Source of the DNA: a virus
Strand: one strand, 5' to 3'
DNA: 64,000 nt
IMG/VR virus record: IMGVR_UViG_3300032607_001425
Coordinates: 1-64,000 of that record
This document shows, piece after piece, positions 8,383-18,423 of this stretch. A model generated the notes under the pieces. The model saw nothing but the letters and a program-made list of their open reading frames with translations, made no database searches and was not told the DNA's origin. Every line of letters begins with the position of its first letter. Positions within the stretch are counted from its first letter, which is position 1. Position numbers and translations under genes: made by a program.

Positions 8383-8619
8383 TTAGTCGATATAAATAAG
8401 GCTTCCTGCTTGATCTTCTATTTTTGTTACATCCATCTTCTTGTCCATGAACTCTAATACGAATGGTCCATTCATTTGGAAGTACATATTAAAAGTTTGT
8501 TGGAATACTTCAAACGGAGGTGTAGGTCTATTTCTATCCTTATTGTCTAGGAAGTATTGGTAGAACCAGGCCAAATCATATTGGCCTGATCTTCTCATCT
8601 GTATATACTGCTCTCTCAT
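8383..8619 (-). CDS. hypothetical protein
   Basis: 78 aa ORF coupled to the DUF932 gene. Confidence 0.7.
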   Translation of the reverse strand: MREQYIQMRRSGQYDLAWFYQYFLDNKDRNRPTPPFEVFQQTFNMYFQMNGPFVLEFMDKKMDVTKIEDQAGSLIYID

Positions 8620-9449
8620 TAGTTGATAAATGCTGTTGCTAATTTGAACAAGTCTTGGTTCACTTGAAGATCTCTTTCAAAACTTTTAATCTTCTTAACC
8701 TTTCTTACCTTAGCTCCTCTCAATGCTGCTGAGTACCCTCCGTTGATGATAGACTCTTGTACTCTGTTAAATACTAACCACAAGCTGTCTCCTTCGTCCT
8801 CTTTTCTAGTAGCAGTAAGTACTTCTTCGATTGAAGCCTCATCATACTTAGCATCAGGATTTGTAGATCTCAAAGCCATAGCACTGATTGCCAATTGTCT
8901 TTGCTCCTCAGCAGTAAGCATTCTAGCTTGCATCTTATTAAGGACCTCAACCTTATTAGGAAGATCTGCAACAGCTGAAGCTACTACTGTTTGTAATTCC
9001 TCAAACGTATAACCTTTGTGCTTGATACTAAATGCTGAGAATTCTTCATCAGCTACTACCAATCCATTAGAACAAACGAAGCGGTAGATCCCAACTCTAA
9101 ACTGAAATGAACTAAGTCCATCGTGAGAGTTTGTAACAATGATTCTAGGACATGCATCATCACCATCCTTACCCTTAATCATAAGATCAGGATTCTGGAA
9201 TGATATCATATGCTTTGATCTAATTGTAGGAGATCCATCTCTTCTTGGTTTAGTTCTTCTTTGCATTGCAGTAACTGGAAACCATCCTAACTTTGCTAAG
9301 TCGTCGATAACTGTTTCAGTATTAACATGAAGATACTTCTCACTAACATTCTTGTTAGTAGGTTCTGTAGCGAACACAACTGGTGCTACTGCTTTGATTT
9401 GTTCTTTTGATAAATAAGAATCTAACTGTGTTGAAAATTTTGACATCAT
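8619..9449 (-). CDS. DUF932 family protein
   Basis: APxVFA, SEKYxHVxT, NSHDGxSSFQFxxGxYRFVCSNGLV, WxxFNRxQE motifs. Confidence 0.85.
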   Translation of the reverse strand: MMSKFSTQLDSYLSKEQIKAVAPVVFATEPTNKNVSEKYLHVNTETVIDDLAKLGWFPVTAMQRRTKPRRDGSPTIRSKHMISFQNPDLMIKGKDGDDACPRIIVTNSHDGLSSFQFRVGIYRFVCSNGLVVADEEFSAFSIKHKGYTFEELQTVVASAVADLPNKVEVLNKMQARMLTAEEQRQLAISAMALRSTNPDAKYDEASIEEVLTATRKEDEGDSLWLVFNRVQESIINGGYSAALRGAKVRKVKKIKSFERDLQVNQDLFKLATAFIN

Positions 9450-9529
9450 AACCTTTTTTGTTTTAATTGTTTCTAATACTTAAAGATACTGCTAAAGTTT
9501 AGTTCTAGCAACTTTTTTTGTAATTATTT

Positions 9530-9796
9530 TTAAATTATTTTTAAAGCTTTTGCTCTAGCGTAGCTTACTTCATTTCCTGTTGCAGGATTAAGATACAACC
9601 TCCTTGTCTTAGGAAGATTATCCTGACTCTTGCTTTTTTTCTTGAAAGAGTCTAGATACCCTGCTGGATATTCAAACTCTGCTTTTGCTATACCGCTAAC
9701 AATACTACTGCCATTGTAGGTGTAAGTTGTTTTAATTCCAGTAACTTCACATGTGAAAACTTTTGTCATGATTTTATTTTTTGAATTAATTGCCAA
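9530..9796 (-). CDS. hypothetical protein
   Basis: 88 aa ORF; likely start at MTKVFTC. Confidence 0.65.
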   Translation of the reverse strand: MAINSKNKIMTKVFTCEVTGIKTTYTYNGSSIVSGIAKAEFEYPAGYLDSFKKKSKSQDNLPKTRRLYLNPATGNEVSYARAKALKII

Positions 9797-10059
9797 GTAT
9801 CTATTTCGTCATCTTGCATTCCCCATTCACGAAAATGGCTTAAGCAGTTCTGCAATGCTGTTTCCCACTCCTTAGTTCTAATTGAAATTTCAAAAGCAGT
9901 ATCCATTCCATCCATTTCTATTTCAAATAGAAACGCTGTTTTCTTTTTACCAACAAAAGCCTCTTGTATGCTATCTCGAATACTGGTTGTCATGTCAACT
10001 GTCTTATTTTTAAACAGAGTGTCTAATTGGTCTAATGATTCTATCTGCAACTTTTTCAT
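9766..10059 (-). CDS. hypothetical protein
   Basis: 97 aa ORF in operon. Confidence 0.7.
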   Translation of the reverse strand: MKKLQIESLDQLDTLFKNKTVDMTTSIRDSIQEAFVGKKKTAFLFEIEMDGMDTAFEISIRTKEWETALQNCLSHFREWGMQDDEIDTWQLIQKIKS

Positions 10060-10361
10060 ATGCGATTACTATTTTGTAGGGATTTTTGTGTTACTGTGAT
10101 GCTGGGATTGGTTATTATAGTTTCGGAGTACACTCTCTGTACTTGTATGTTTGTCTGAACAACATACACAGGTCCATTGTAATCGTACGTATGCTGTGTA
10201 GCTGATTGTAGTACCGGTTCGGTTATCCTCCTGTTTCCATCAAATGATCTAAATTCTCTTGCTGTTGTTCGATACCAATTACCTTTAATACAAACTTCAC
10301 ATACTCCTGATGTGTTGAAGTCGTATGCAAGTTTAACTGTATTGCCTGTTTTTTCTGCCAT
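10056..10361 (-). CDS. conserved phage hypothetical protein
   Basis: MAEKTGN...WYRTTAREFRSFDGxRRI. Confidence 0.75.
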   Translation of the reverse strand: MAEKTGNTVKLAYDFNTSGVCEVCIKGNWYRTTAREFRSFDGNRRITEPVLQSATQHTYDYNGPVYVVQTNIQVQRVYSETIITNPSITVTQKSLQNSNRI

Positions 10362-10446
10362 AACTTCTATTTGTTTTGATAAAGATACGGATAAAGTTTT
10401 GTTCTAGCAACTATTTTTTAAATAATTTTTAAGATATGTACAAAAT

Positions 10447-11106
10447 TTATTGTTGTTCACTTCGTTTGTAGTTCTCTGAAATGTAGTTGTTTCCATCTGT
10501 AGCGTCAAAATCCTCTTTCCATAGTCCTAACGATTGTAAGTGTTGCTGGGTGGCTTCATCAATGTCCCATTCAATATCTGGTGCCATCTTCTCAATATAA
10601 TCTTCCATCTTCTCTACTTGCTTGTCAGATATTGGAGAGATTGCATATAAGTACGAACAATTGTAACACATCAGCTCAATATTTTCTAGCTCGTAGTTCT
10701 TTTTATTTCGATCCTTGAATTGTAGTATTAATGGAATCTTTTGATCATCTATTCTTTCTTCGTGAAAGCCACATCTGCTACACTCTTCCTTCAAGTATCC
10801 TTCAAATACTAATCTCTGTTTGATCTTAGCTGGTTCAAAGCTTTCAATAGAAAGAGTACCTGCTATCAGTTCTTTAAGTGGAGCTTTTCTTCCTTTGTTG
10901 GATAGAAATTTGGGAATACCTTTGCCTGAAGGATTCTTGTGTAGGTCATTTAGGGTTAGGCCTGTAGCCTCATCTACGTATACTGTTGCATACTTCTTAT
11001 AGTGGTTCAATGAACACCTAAGAAACCTTGCAGCACCATGATTACTCTTGGTGTTTTGCATGGCTCTTAAAATATCTTCTTTAGATAAAAATTTACTTGG
11101 TGGCAT
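10447..11106 (-). CDS. HTH + HNH-like zinc-binding protein
   Basis: N-terminal AARFLxCS helix-turn-helix; CxxC...PLxL...NxxLxNIxxxCxNC (degenerate HNH). Confidence 0.65.
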   Translation of the reverse strand: MPPSKFLSKEDILRAMQNTKSNHGAARFLRCSLNHYKKYATVYVDEATGLTLNDLHKNPSGKGIPKFLSNKGRKAPLKELIAGTLSIESFEPAKIKQRLVFEGYLKEECSRCGFHEERIDDQKIPLILQFKDRNKKNYELENIELMCYNCSYLYAISPISDKQVEKMEDYIEKMAPDIEWDIDEATQQHLQSLGLWKEDFDATDGNNYISENYKRSEQQ

Positions 11107-11526
11107 TTATTCGTCGTCGTCTTCAAGTTCTAAACCTTCAGCATCCTCGATGTCTTGTAGATCTGATAACTCATTATCATCCTCATCTACTTGTAGTTCT
11201 CCTTCTAAAGCTTTGTCGGTAGCCTCTACAATTGCTCTACTATCATCTGATAATTCATCCTCATCAAAGTTTAGGATCTCTAATGGAACATTACGTACTC
11301 CTCTTGAGCTATTTTCTAACTCCTGAAGTCTCTTAGCTGTATCCTGATCGACAATATCTAATTCGGTAACCGTGTAATCTCCTTGTCCAACTACTCGCAC
11401 CCTTCCTACTTTAGGTTTTACATCTGAGCAGTTAATGCAGAAGTCGTATCCGTAAGTGTCCAACCTTAGTTTAGGCATATTACTTTTACATTTTGAACAC
11501 CTAATCATTTCTAAATTCACATTCAT
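11107..11526 (-). CDS. TraR/DksA-type C4 zinc finger protein with acidic tail
   Basis: CSKC-x-MPKLRL-x-FCINC. Confidence 0.6.
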   Translation of the reverse strand: MNVNLEMIRCSKCKSNMPKLRLDTYGYDFCINCSDVKPKVGRVRVVGQGDYTVTELDIVDQDTAKRLQELENSSRGVRNVPLEILNFDEDELSDDSRAIVEATDKALEGELQVDEDDNELSDLQDIEDAEGLELEDDDE

Positions 11527-11596
11527 ATAACTTATTTTTTAAATTTCTATAGCTAAATATAAGGACAATTTAAGTTCTATGCAACTTTTTTATTAA

Positions 11597-11995
11597 CTAT
11601 TTTAAACTATTAATAACAGTCCAAACTTCATCAGGTGTTTCAAACTTAACCGTAATCATATCCTTTCCATCAGAAATATCAATTAAACCATCCCAGTCCT
11701 GTATAGTTGGAACTTGGTATAGGTAGTATTGTATTAGTGAGAATTGTTCTTTGGTGAAGTGAACTTTAAATAGGTTTTCTATTATCTGTAGGAACTTTTC
11801 TTCATACATTGACATATCCATTCCAATCTCTTCCTCCATGAAGTCTCTTCGATCTTCTATCTCCCTTAGTAGTATAATGCTTTCGATAAACAGTTTCTTT
11901 TCTATTACGTCTCTAGCCATATCCTTTTCCTTTATTTGAACACTACCCTTTAAGTAGTTGTTTAGCGTTTTCCTTAATTCCTTCTTGAGCACCAT
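11597..11995 (-). CDS. hypothetical protein
   Basis: 132 aa ORF. Confidence 0.7.
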   Translation of the reverse strand: MVLKKELRKTLNNYLKGSVQIKEKDMARDVIEKKLFIESIILLREIEDRRDFMEEEIGMDMSMYEEKFLQIIENLFKVHFTKEQFSLIQYYLYQVPTIQDWDGLIDISDGKDMITVKFETPDEVWTVINSLK

Positions 11996-12155
11996 AGGTA
12001 TAGTTTTTTACTTCGAAAATTGTTAGAAAATCATTTACTGGTAGTTGCTTTGATAGTGAGAAGAATGTTATAGCTTCTTCTCTGCTCTGAGCGTTTAAAA
12101 CTCCTACTGGCTCTTGTGTAGGATTATTTTTTGAATAAAAACAAAACTGTGGCAT
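11943..12155 (-). CDS. hypothetical protein
   Basis: 70 aa ORF. Confidence 0.6.
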   Translation of the reverse strand: MPQFCFYSKNNPTQEPVGVLNAQSREEAITFFSLSKQLPVNDFLTIFEVKNYTYGAQEGIKENAKQLLKG

Positions 12156-12161
12156 ATTTTT

Positions 12162-12515
12162 TTATTTAGTTGGTTCTGGTTGTGCTGCTTGGTTCAAAGC
12201 ATTGATGATAATTTTATCTAGGTACTCAATGTAGATGAAGAAACCTAAGATAGTTTTATCTTTTAGTTCTCTATCTCTCTCAACTGTTAATCCTAACTGA
12301 GCTAGTCCTTGGTTTAGCTTAGCTCCTAAGTCCATTGCAATCTCATCCTGTTGTTGCTTGGACATTCCTGCGAATGTGGTTGGAAGAAATTGTACTTTAA
12401 TTCCTTTTTTGTTTGGATCTTCGTTTACATCTATCTTTAGTACAAACTTATTTCCTTTGAAGTTTACCTTTGTAACTTCAGATAGCATTTCTTTTATTTC
12501 GTTGATTAAGCTCAT
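12162..12515 (-). CDS. hypothetical late protein
   Basis: 117 aa, late promoter at 12526. Confidence 0.75.
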   Translation of the reverse strand: MSLINEIKEMLSEVTKVNFKGNKFVLKIDVNEDPNKKGIKVQFLPTTFAGMSKQQQDEIAMDLGAKLNQGLAQLGLTVERDRELKDKTILGFFIYIEYLDKIIINALNQAAQPEPTK

Positions 12516-12534
12516 ATGTTTTTAGTATAAATAG

Positions 12535-13704
12535 TTAATTTTTACATACTATTAGATCGTTCTGATATTCTGTAAGAGAGTTGATTGTTACTTTAAATAT
12601 ATCTAATTCAAACTCTCCTACCTCTCCACTCTCTTTTAGTATCTCTGGAAGTTGTTGAATGATGCTAAAGGATTCATGTGTGAACTGTTTCATGTCAAAC
12701 TCTAATACGATATCATTTTCTACTTTCGGATCACTATACTCTATAGTGTATATCCTTTTTGATAGATCAAATTTAGTATTTGACTGTTGATCATCTAGAT
12801 AGTGTACTGTCAGTACTTGCATTTCATCACCAATATAAAGTCTATCGCACCAAGGTTCAAACGCTTTTAGCATCTCAAAGTTACAGTTCCTAATTATAAA
12901 TGCTACATTATACTTAGGGTGTATGATTGGATGCTGGTATTCGTCATTCTTAACCCAGTTACCCCATTTACGTAGGTAGTTTCTAGCAGCATTTTCTTTC
13001 ATTATATGAAAAGTACTGTCTGTTGTTACTTTCTCAACTCCATCCTGAAACTGACCTCCTCTGCATGTAAGGTGGTATACAAGTGCATCTCTACTTTGGA
13101 TACACGTCATTCCAGATAAAATCATTCTATTGAATATATCCGAATCTTCTTGATAGGAATGGAATAATTCATCGTGAAGACCTATTTGTAGTAGCTCCGA
13201 CTTATAGCAAGCCCATGGTGCAAAGATTCCATATGTTACTTGGTTTTTAGAAGTTTCTTGCTCTTGTTGTACAAAGGCATTGAAAGACTCCTCAGTAAAA
13301 TCTTCTGGATACATTCCAAAGTCTTTTACAATCTTCTCCTTTCCTTCTGGATGGAGAGGTGGTTCAATTCTAGTACCTGCTATAACTGTCTTAGGTTTTA
13401 AATGTTTGAGGATATTCCTATCGAAGTCCTTTCCCATAAACATATCAGCATGGAACATGCACACTATATCTGTTTTTGCAGCTTCAATGCATCTGTTGTA
13501 TGCATATGCTATTCCCTTAGGTGTATCTGTCTCATTTACTAAGTACGTAACTTTATTTGCTTGTAGCCATTCAATAGTTCCATCATTGCTAGCATCAACA
13601 TATACAATTATTTTATTATGTTGACTGCTATTTTTCTTTATAGAAGCAATACTGCTTTTCAGGTATCGTAAGTTGTTCTTACTTGGTATACAAAATGTTA
13701 TCAT
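12535..13704 (-). CDS. glycosyltransferase family 2
   Basis: IPSKNN, DASNDGT, HADM, EDSD, YHLTCRG motifs. Confidence 0.85.
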   Translation of the reverse strand: MITFCIPSKNNLRYLKSSIASIKKNSSQHNKIIVYVDASNDGTIEWLQANKVTYLVNETDTPKGIAYAYNRCIEAAKTDIVCMFHADMFMGKDFDRNILKHLKPKTVIAGTRIEPPLHPEGKEKIVKDFGMYPEDFTEESFNAFVQQEQETSKNQVTYGIFAPWACYKSELLQIGLHDELFHSYQEDSDIFNRMILSGMTCIQSRDALVYHLTCRGGQFQDGVEKVTTDSTFHIMKENAARNYLRKWGNWVKNDEYQHPIIHPKYNVAFIIRNCNFEMLKAFEPWCDRLYIGDEMQVLTVHYLDDQQSNTKFDLSKRIYTIEYSDPKVENDIVLEFDMKQFTHESFSIIQQLPEILKESGEVGEFELDIFKVTINSLTEYQNDLIVCKN

Positions 13705-13714
13705 AGCTGTTATT

Positions 13715-15286
13715 TTATCCTTTATTAAAGTAGTCTTCCCAGTAATTGTAGGTTCTAAAGTCGTTAGGAGTACCCCAACAGATATAATTCTCTACCTCAA
13801 ATACCTTAACCTTTAGTCCATCTTTTATGTTTTGATTAAGTACGTCATCTACGTAGAACTCTCCATTAGTTCTAATGTTTTCTTTTATATTATTACTATA
13901 TCCTTTAGTAAAGTATTCACATTTTCTAAAAAACATAGTGCCAACAATGGCATGGGTTGTCAATGGATCTTCATAGATAAACTTCTTACAAGAAACATGC
14001 TTAACGAATCCACTGTCATCAACATCTAACCATGCATATGCATTGGGATTTGTTTTACTAGCTTGATTGTTTCTGAATGTCCATACGATTATATCTATGG
14101 AAGTATCGTTAACCATGTCTAGGTACTTCTGAGAATCGTAATACACACCATTGTCGCATGCAGAAATTAAAATAGGAGACTGCAAATTTATACCCACTTT
14201 GTCTATACCTATCTGGCATGTTGATGCCTGGCCCTGTGTTGTTGTATCAATTGACACTACTTTGGTATTACTATAATACTCAGTCAATTTCCTATCAAGG
14301 CTAAAGTTGTTAATATGGTCTTTCAAGCACATAAATACACTATTGTCTGACTGAGGTAGGCAGTCAACTGCTTGTAGGATCATTGGTAGGTTGTCAACTG
14401 GTAGTAATGGTTTTGGCAGTGTGTACCCTTCTTCTTCAAACCTACTTCCTCTACCTGCCATTGGAAGAAGCAGCGTAGTACCTTGTGGGTTTTTAACTTT
14501 TGGTTGAGCATTTTTTAAATTATTAAAATAATTAGACCAGCTTCTGTAATTCTCCAAGTCATAAGGTGTACCCCATTGTAGCATTTTGTCAATTAGGAAT
14601 GTTGTTACAACTAGACTATCTCTAATAAGTAAGTTGTATACTAGGCTAACGTAATATTCTCCGTTCAAAGAATCTCCTATCTCTACTAATTCTTTAAAAT
14701 ACTTCTTTACTGTAGTTCCATTTTTAAAATAGTAAGTGCCATTAGATGCTAATTCTGATATTTTGTCATCAGTAAAGGGTTTCTTTTCCTGAACCGCTAC
14801 AGCTTTACTACCTTCCATTTTTACAAATGCATAGTTGTCTGAGCCTAGCATGTGAGGATGAAATCCAGTGTAGCATGCAATTGCTCCGTCAGAATTTGCT
14901 TCTCTGGTTTGTTTTAAGAATTTACTATAATCCCAACTAGTTCCATAATCACAGTAGCTAACAATAACCTCCCTGTCATCGTCAATATATTGAGCAACTT
15001 GGTTGACTGCATCTACAGGTCCTTTTCTATTTTCATTTGGAACTGATAATATTTTACAGTTTGGTGATAGTGTCTGTAGTATACTCTCCATGTTAGTATC
15101 TCTTAAATGTATCTCATTACAAATAAAGATGACATCATCAGGACTATCAAACATTTCAACTACATGTTGAATTATTGGTTTCTCATTAACAACAATTAGG
15201 GATTTGGTATCAGCATAACCTGCATCGACAAAACGCTTACCTACACCAGACATGGGTATCACTAATTGAACTTTGTTTTGTATCAT
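13715..15286 (-). CDS. tandem double nucleotidyltransferase (two GlmU/LicC-like domains)
   Basis: IPMSGVGKRF...YCD...GEYYV...WGTP repeated as LPMAGRGSRF...ACD...GEFYV...WGTP. Confidence 0.85.
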   Translation of the reverse strand: MIQNKVQLVIPMSGVGKRFVDAGYADTKSLIVVNEKPIIQHVVEMFDSPDDVIFICNEIHLRDTNMESILQTLSPNCKILSVPNENRKGPVDAVNQVAQYIDDDREVIVSYCDYGTSWDYSKFLKQTREANSDGAIACYTGFHPHMLGSDNYAFVKMEGSKAVAVQEKKPFTDDKISELASNGTYYFKNGTTVKKYFKELVEIGDSLNGEYYVSLVYNLLIRDSLVVTTFLIDKMLQWGTPYDLENYRSWSNYFNNLKNAQPKVKNPQGTTLLLPMAGRGSRFEEEGYTLPKPLLPVDNLPMILQAVDCLPQSDNSVFMCLKDHINNFSLDRKLTEYYSNTKVVSIDTTTQGQASTCQIGIDKVGINLQSPILISACDNGVYYDSQKYLDMVNDTSIDIIVWTFRNNQASKTNPNAYAWLDVDDSGFVKHVSCKKFIYEDPLTTHAIVGTMFFRKCEYFTKGYSNNIKENIRTNGEFYVDDVLNQNIKDGLKVKVFEVENYICWGTPNDFRTYNYWEDYFNKG

Positions 15287-15306
15287 ATTATAAACTTCTT
15301 ATAAAA

Positions 15307-15783
15307 TTAATTATATAAACCTTTTTGTTTTAAGATGTACTTAGCAAAGGTCATATAGTCCGTACACACTGCATATGTTGCTATACCCTCGTACTCCAAT
15401 AAATCCTTTTCATCTAAGAGAGGTATAATTACCCTACTACCTACCTTTATTGCTAACTCATGAGCCCAAACATAACCGTTACTTGTTAACACAAAAGGAT
15501 CTGATGTGTGACAAAAAAATTGTAACGAACCTACTTTGCTAAGTTCATTAGCAGCTTCTATGTTTTTACAATGTATCCACAACCTATCTTTTCTTTTTAT
15601 CAACCATGCTTGAGTTACTTCGTAGTCTGGTGTGTCATGTCCTAGATAGTATTTGTTATTAATAAACTTTATATCAACTTCTACATCGTACCCTGCAGAT
15701 ATTGCAGTATCTATATAGGATGGAGTGTTTTCTCGATTTGGATTTGGACCTACTATGTTTCCTCTATGTGAAATTAATTTCAT
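15307..15783 (-). CDS. glycerophosphodiester phosphodiesterase-like (PLC-like) protein
   Basis: ISHRGN, EN, DVEVD, LGHD, WIHCKN, VCTD. Confidence 0.8.
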   Translation of the reverse strand: MKLISHRGNIVGPNPNRENTPSYIDTAISAGYDVEVDIKFINNKYYLGHDTPDYEVTQAWLIKRKDRLWIHCKNIEAANELSKVGSLQFFCHTSDPFVLTSNGYVWAHELAIKVGSRVIIPLLDEKDLLEYEGIATYAVCTDYMTFAKYILKQKGLYN

Positions 15784-15792
15784 AACTTTGTT

Positions 15793-16692
15793 TTAATTTA
15801 TAAATTGAAGTTTTTCAAGATCTGGTTCTATGTAGTAGGTGAACTTAGCATTCCTAAAACTAGTAACCAGTATATCCCTTTCCTTAGCATTTTGGTACTC
15901 GTTATAAAAATCTTGACCAAATATTATTACAGTCACCTTTTTACATTTATCGGATAGGTATATAAAATTTTTCATAAAAGTTGTACCCCAAGAAAACACA
16001 ACCTCCTCTGAGTTGTATAATATGTTTGCTAAACCTATTTCACCTACGTCAGATGGTTCAACAGATACGTACCCATTTCTTTCACAAAAACTATTCGCTA
16101 CTTTAGAATCGACAACACCCATAGTTGATGATACCGAAGATTCTAGCTTCTTTATTATTGCAGTTTTTGTATAGTTTGTTTTATAATCTACATCTACAAT
16201 TCTACTTTGTATAAAATTTGATATGTTTCTTGTGATTTTTTCACTTTCCAAAAAACTATGTAAAGAATTGGGTATCAATAACACTTCCCTAAATCTATAC
16301 AAAGTATCAGATTCTAAGTAAATTATCCTAGATTTACTTACTAGTTTTTCAACTACTTCTAATATCCCAGATTGTAGTTCCCTAAAAACTATAAACTTGT
16401 ACTTAGAGTTTTCGGCTTTGCTAAAGTAGTTTAGCAGTATTGAGTAAACTCCACTATAAGCATGTACACCTGTGTGGAACGATGTTACTAGTGGCACTAC
16501 TGCTTCATCTATCGTTACATAGTCTTTCCCTAAAACTGGAGTGTGTGAATGACCTTTGATTAAATAGTGCCAGTCGTTTGATTGTTCTATGAAAGATCGG
16601 TCACTGTCAAAACAATATCCTTGGTTATTTGTTATAGTAAAGAAGCAGTTTTCATAAACTACTGGTGTTATCTTTTCGATTGAATAGCTCAT
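15793..16692 (-). CDS. GT61-like glycosyltransferase
   Basis: C-terminal ...LYNSEEVVFSWGTTFMKNFIY resembles the GT61 signature; island context. Confidence 0.5.
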   Translation of the reverse strand: MSYSIEKITPVVYENCFFTITNNQGYCFDSDRSFIEQSNDWHYLIKGHSHTPVLGKDYVTIDEAVVPLVTSFHTGVHAYSGVYSILLNYFSKAENSKYKFIVFRELQSGILEVVEKLVSKSRIIYLESDTLYRFREVLLIPNSLHSFLESEKITRNISNFIQSRIVDVDYKTNYTKTAIIKKLESSVSSTMGVVDSKVANSFCERNGYVSVEPSDVGEIGLANILYNSEEVVFSWGTTFMKNFIYLSDKCKKVTVIIFGQDFYNEYQNAKERDILVTSFRNAKFTYYIEPDLEKLQFIN

Positions 16693-16985
16693 AACTCTTC
16701 GATTCTTAATGTCTTGTCGTCAATAAATAAATCATAATAGGGCTTTGTAACATTCAACTCGTGGTGTTTTGCCCCCCATTCAGCTAGCTGCTGCTTAGTT
16801 AAATCATACCAATTGACTTGCGTCCTACTACCTCGAGCAGTCCAATAGACTATTGTATTACCCTGATCGTATAGTTTGTTGATCTTTTCAATGTTGTGCT
16901 TTATTGGCCTAGCCTTGGAGTAATCCCTAGGTTCTGGTGTTTCACAGATGGTTTCGTCTATGTCCACGTATATTACTTTTGTCAT
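16689..16985 (-). CDS. HAD-family phosphatase (capsule-biosynthesis type)
   Basis: VDIDETIC, YWTARG, KP, FIDDK. Confidence 0.85.
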   Translation of the reverse strand: MTKVIYVDIDETICETPEPRDYSKARPIKHNIEKINKLYDQGNTIVYWTARGSRTQVNWYDLTKQQLAEWGAKHHELNVTKPYYDLFIDDKTLRIEEL

Positions 16986-17656
16986 AATTGCTCTAATCTA
17001 TATTTTTCTTTTTCATCCTTTACTAGGCTACCTACTTGTTGATCTGATAGAAACTGTATGTTTCCCATACTAAGGCTTTTTATATAAACCTCAGCAGCTT
17101 TTTCACAAATATCTGTAATGGTAGTACACTCTCTGATTGAACTTCCACATGCAATTACTCCATGATTCTTTAATAGAATTAGTTTAGGAAAGTATCCTTG
17201 TGTCTTAATAAAGGAGTTTACATGCAGCTTAACTAGTTCAGTTAGTTCCTCTCCTGGTTTGGCGTAAGGTACTAAGCACGTCTTTGATCCATTAAACACC
17301 ACTTGGTCTGGAAATAATCTATTGCTTGCAAAGTCCGAAGCATACTCAGTGCATAGTACTGCTAGTGTATGTGCTGGGTGAGTGTGTGCTACATACTTCA
17401 CGTTGGGAAAACCTATCAGAAAAGTATGAAAACCTAACTCCATGCTTCCTTTTTTGTCAAAATTATCTAGCTGGGTATTGCTAAAGTCGAAGGTAATTAG
17501 GTCTGTGTTTTTCAAACCCTGTAAGCTATGTCCACTAGCTTTTATTAAAAACGAACTGTTATCTGCTTTACCGGAGATGTTACCTTCCATTCCTACACAA
17601 TACTTAGATACTGTATCAGCTAATAACCCTAACTCGGTAGCAACTCTCCTATCCAT
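16982..17656 (-). CDS. class II aldolase/epimerase (AraD/FucA-like)
   Basis: EGNIS, IKASG, SME, HTHP, NHG. Confidence 0.85.
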   Translation of the reverse strand: MDRRVATELGLLADTVSKYCVGMEGNISGKADNSSFLIKASGHSLQGLKNTDLITFDFSNTQLDNFDKKGSMELGFHTFLIGFPNVKYVAHTHPAHTLAVLCTEYASDFASNRLFPDQVVFNGSKTCLVPYAKPGEELTELVKLHVNSFIKTQGYFPKLILLKNHGVIACGSSIRECTTITDICEKAAEVYIKSLSMGNIQFLSDQQVGSLVKDEKEKYRLEQL

Positions 17657-17657
17657 A

Positions 17658-18386
17658 TTAAAAACCTTTCTTAACTATAAATGCTGTTGGTGCAATCCAA
17701 CCTGTACTCTGTAATGTGTATTCCATATTTCTTTCTTTTAGAAATCTCTTAACACCAATACTCTCACTGAACTTATGGTACTCGTACTCGTCAAATAAAA
17801 TAACTCCTCCAGGTAGCAACCTATCCCACATATTGAATAAGGTATGATAAGTAGGTCTTTCTAAATCTACGTCAATATAGATTAAAGATGCTCTGAAGCC
17901 AGGGTTTTCCTGTAGGAAGGTTGGCATTGAAAATTCAACATCTCCATCTATGAGTTTAAATTTATCTGTCTTTGTGTCTGATAGTCTTTTGTAAACAGCC
18001 TCTAGTGTTAGCTCACTATCGCTAACTCTATCATATACAACATTCATAGCATCTCTGTCAAGCTTGCTATCCTTATTTAGTATAGCACTACTCTCTTCTC
18101 TGCTGAATATATCAAATCCTATAACTTTCTTATTAGAATTAGGACAGAATATTTCTATAAATTTTAGAAAAGATGACATGCCTGATCCTTTAAATACCCC
18201 AACCTCTACAATGTCTCCTGGTAGGTGTTGTACTTCTAAGAAGTGCTTAAACCTATGTAAAAGCTTTCCTGTTAACTTTAAATCTTCTGAAAATATGAAA
18301 TCGTTAAATGCTTTATAAGTATCCGTAGATACATTATTTAGCTTGTTTTCATTAGTAATTTGGTCTAATCCAATTTTTTTATTCAT
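17658..18386 (-). CDS. TylF/MycF-type sugar O-methyltransferase
   Basis: PGDIVEVGVFKG, GFDIF, YIDVD, PGGVILFDEY. Confidence 0.85.
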   Translation of the reverse strand: MNKKIGLDQITNENKLNNVSTDTYKAFNDFIFSEDLKLTGKLLHRFKHFLEVQHLPGDIVEVGVFKGSGMSSFLKFIEIFCPNSNKKVIGFDIFSREESSAILNKDSKLDRDAMNVVYDRVSDSELTLEAVYKRLSDTKTDKFKLIDGDVEFSMPTFLQENPGFRASLIYIDVDLERPTYHTLFNMWDRLLPGGVILFDEYEYHKFSESIGVKRFLKERNMEYTLQSTGWIAPTAFIVKKGF

Positions 18387-18423
18387 TTTATTTACTTTTG
18401 CTTTTTATTAATATAGGAAAAAA

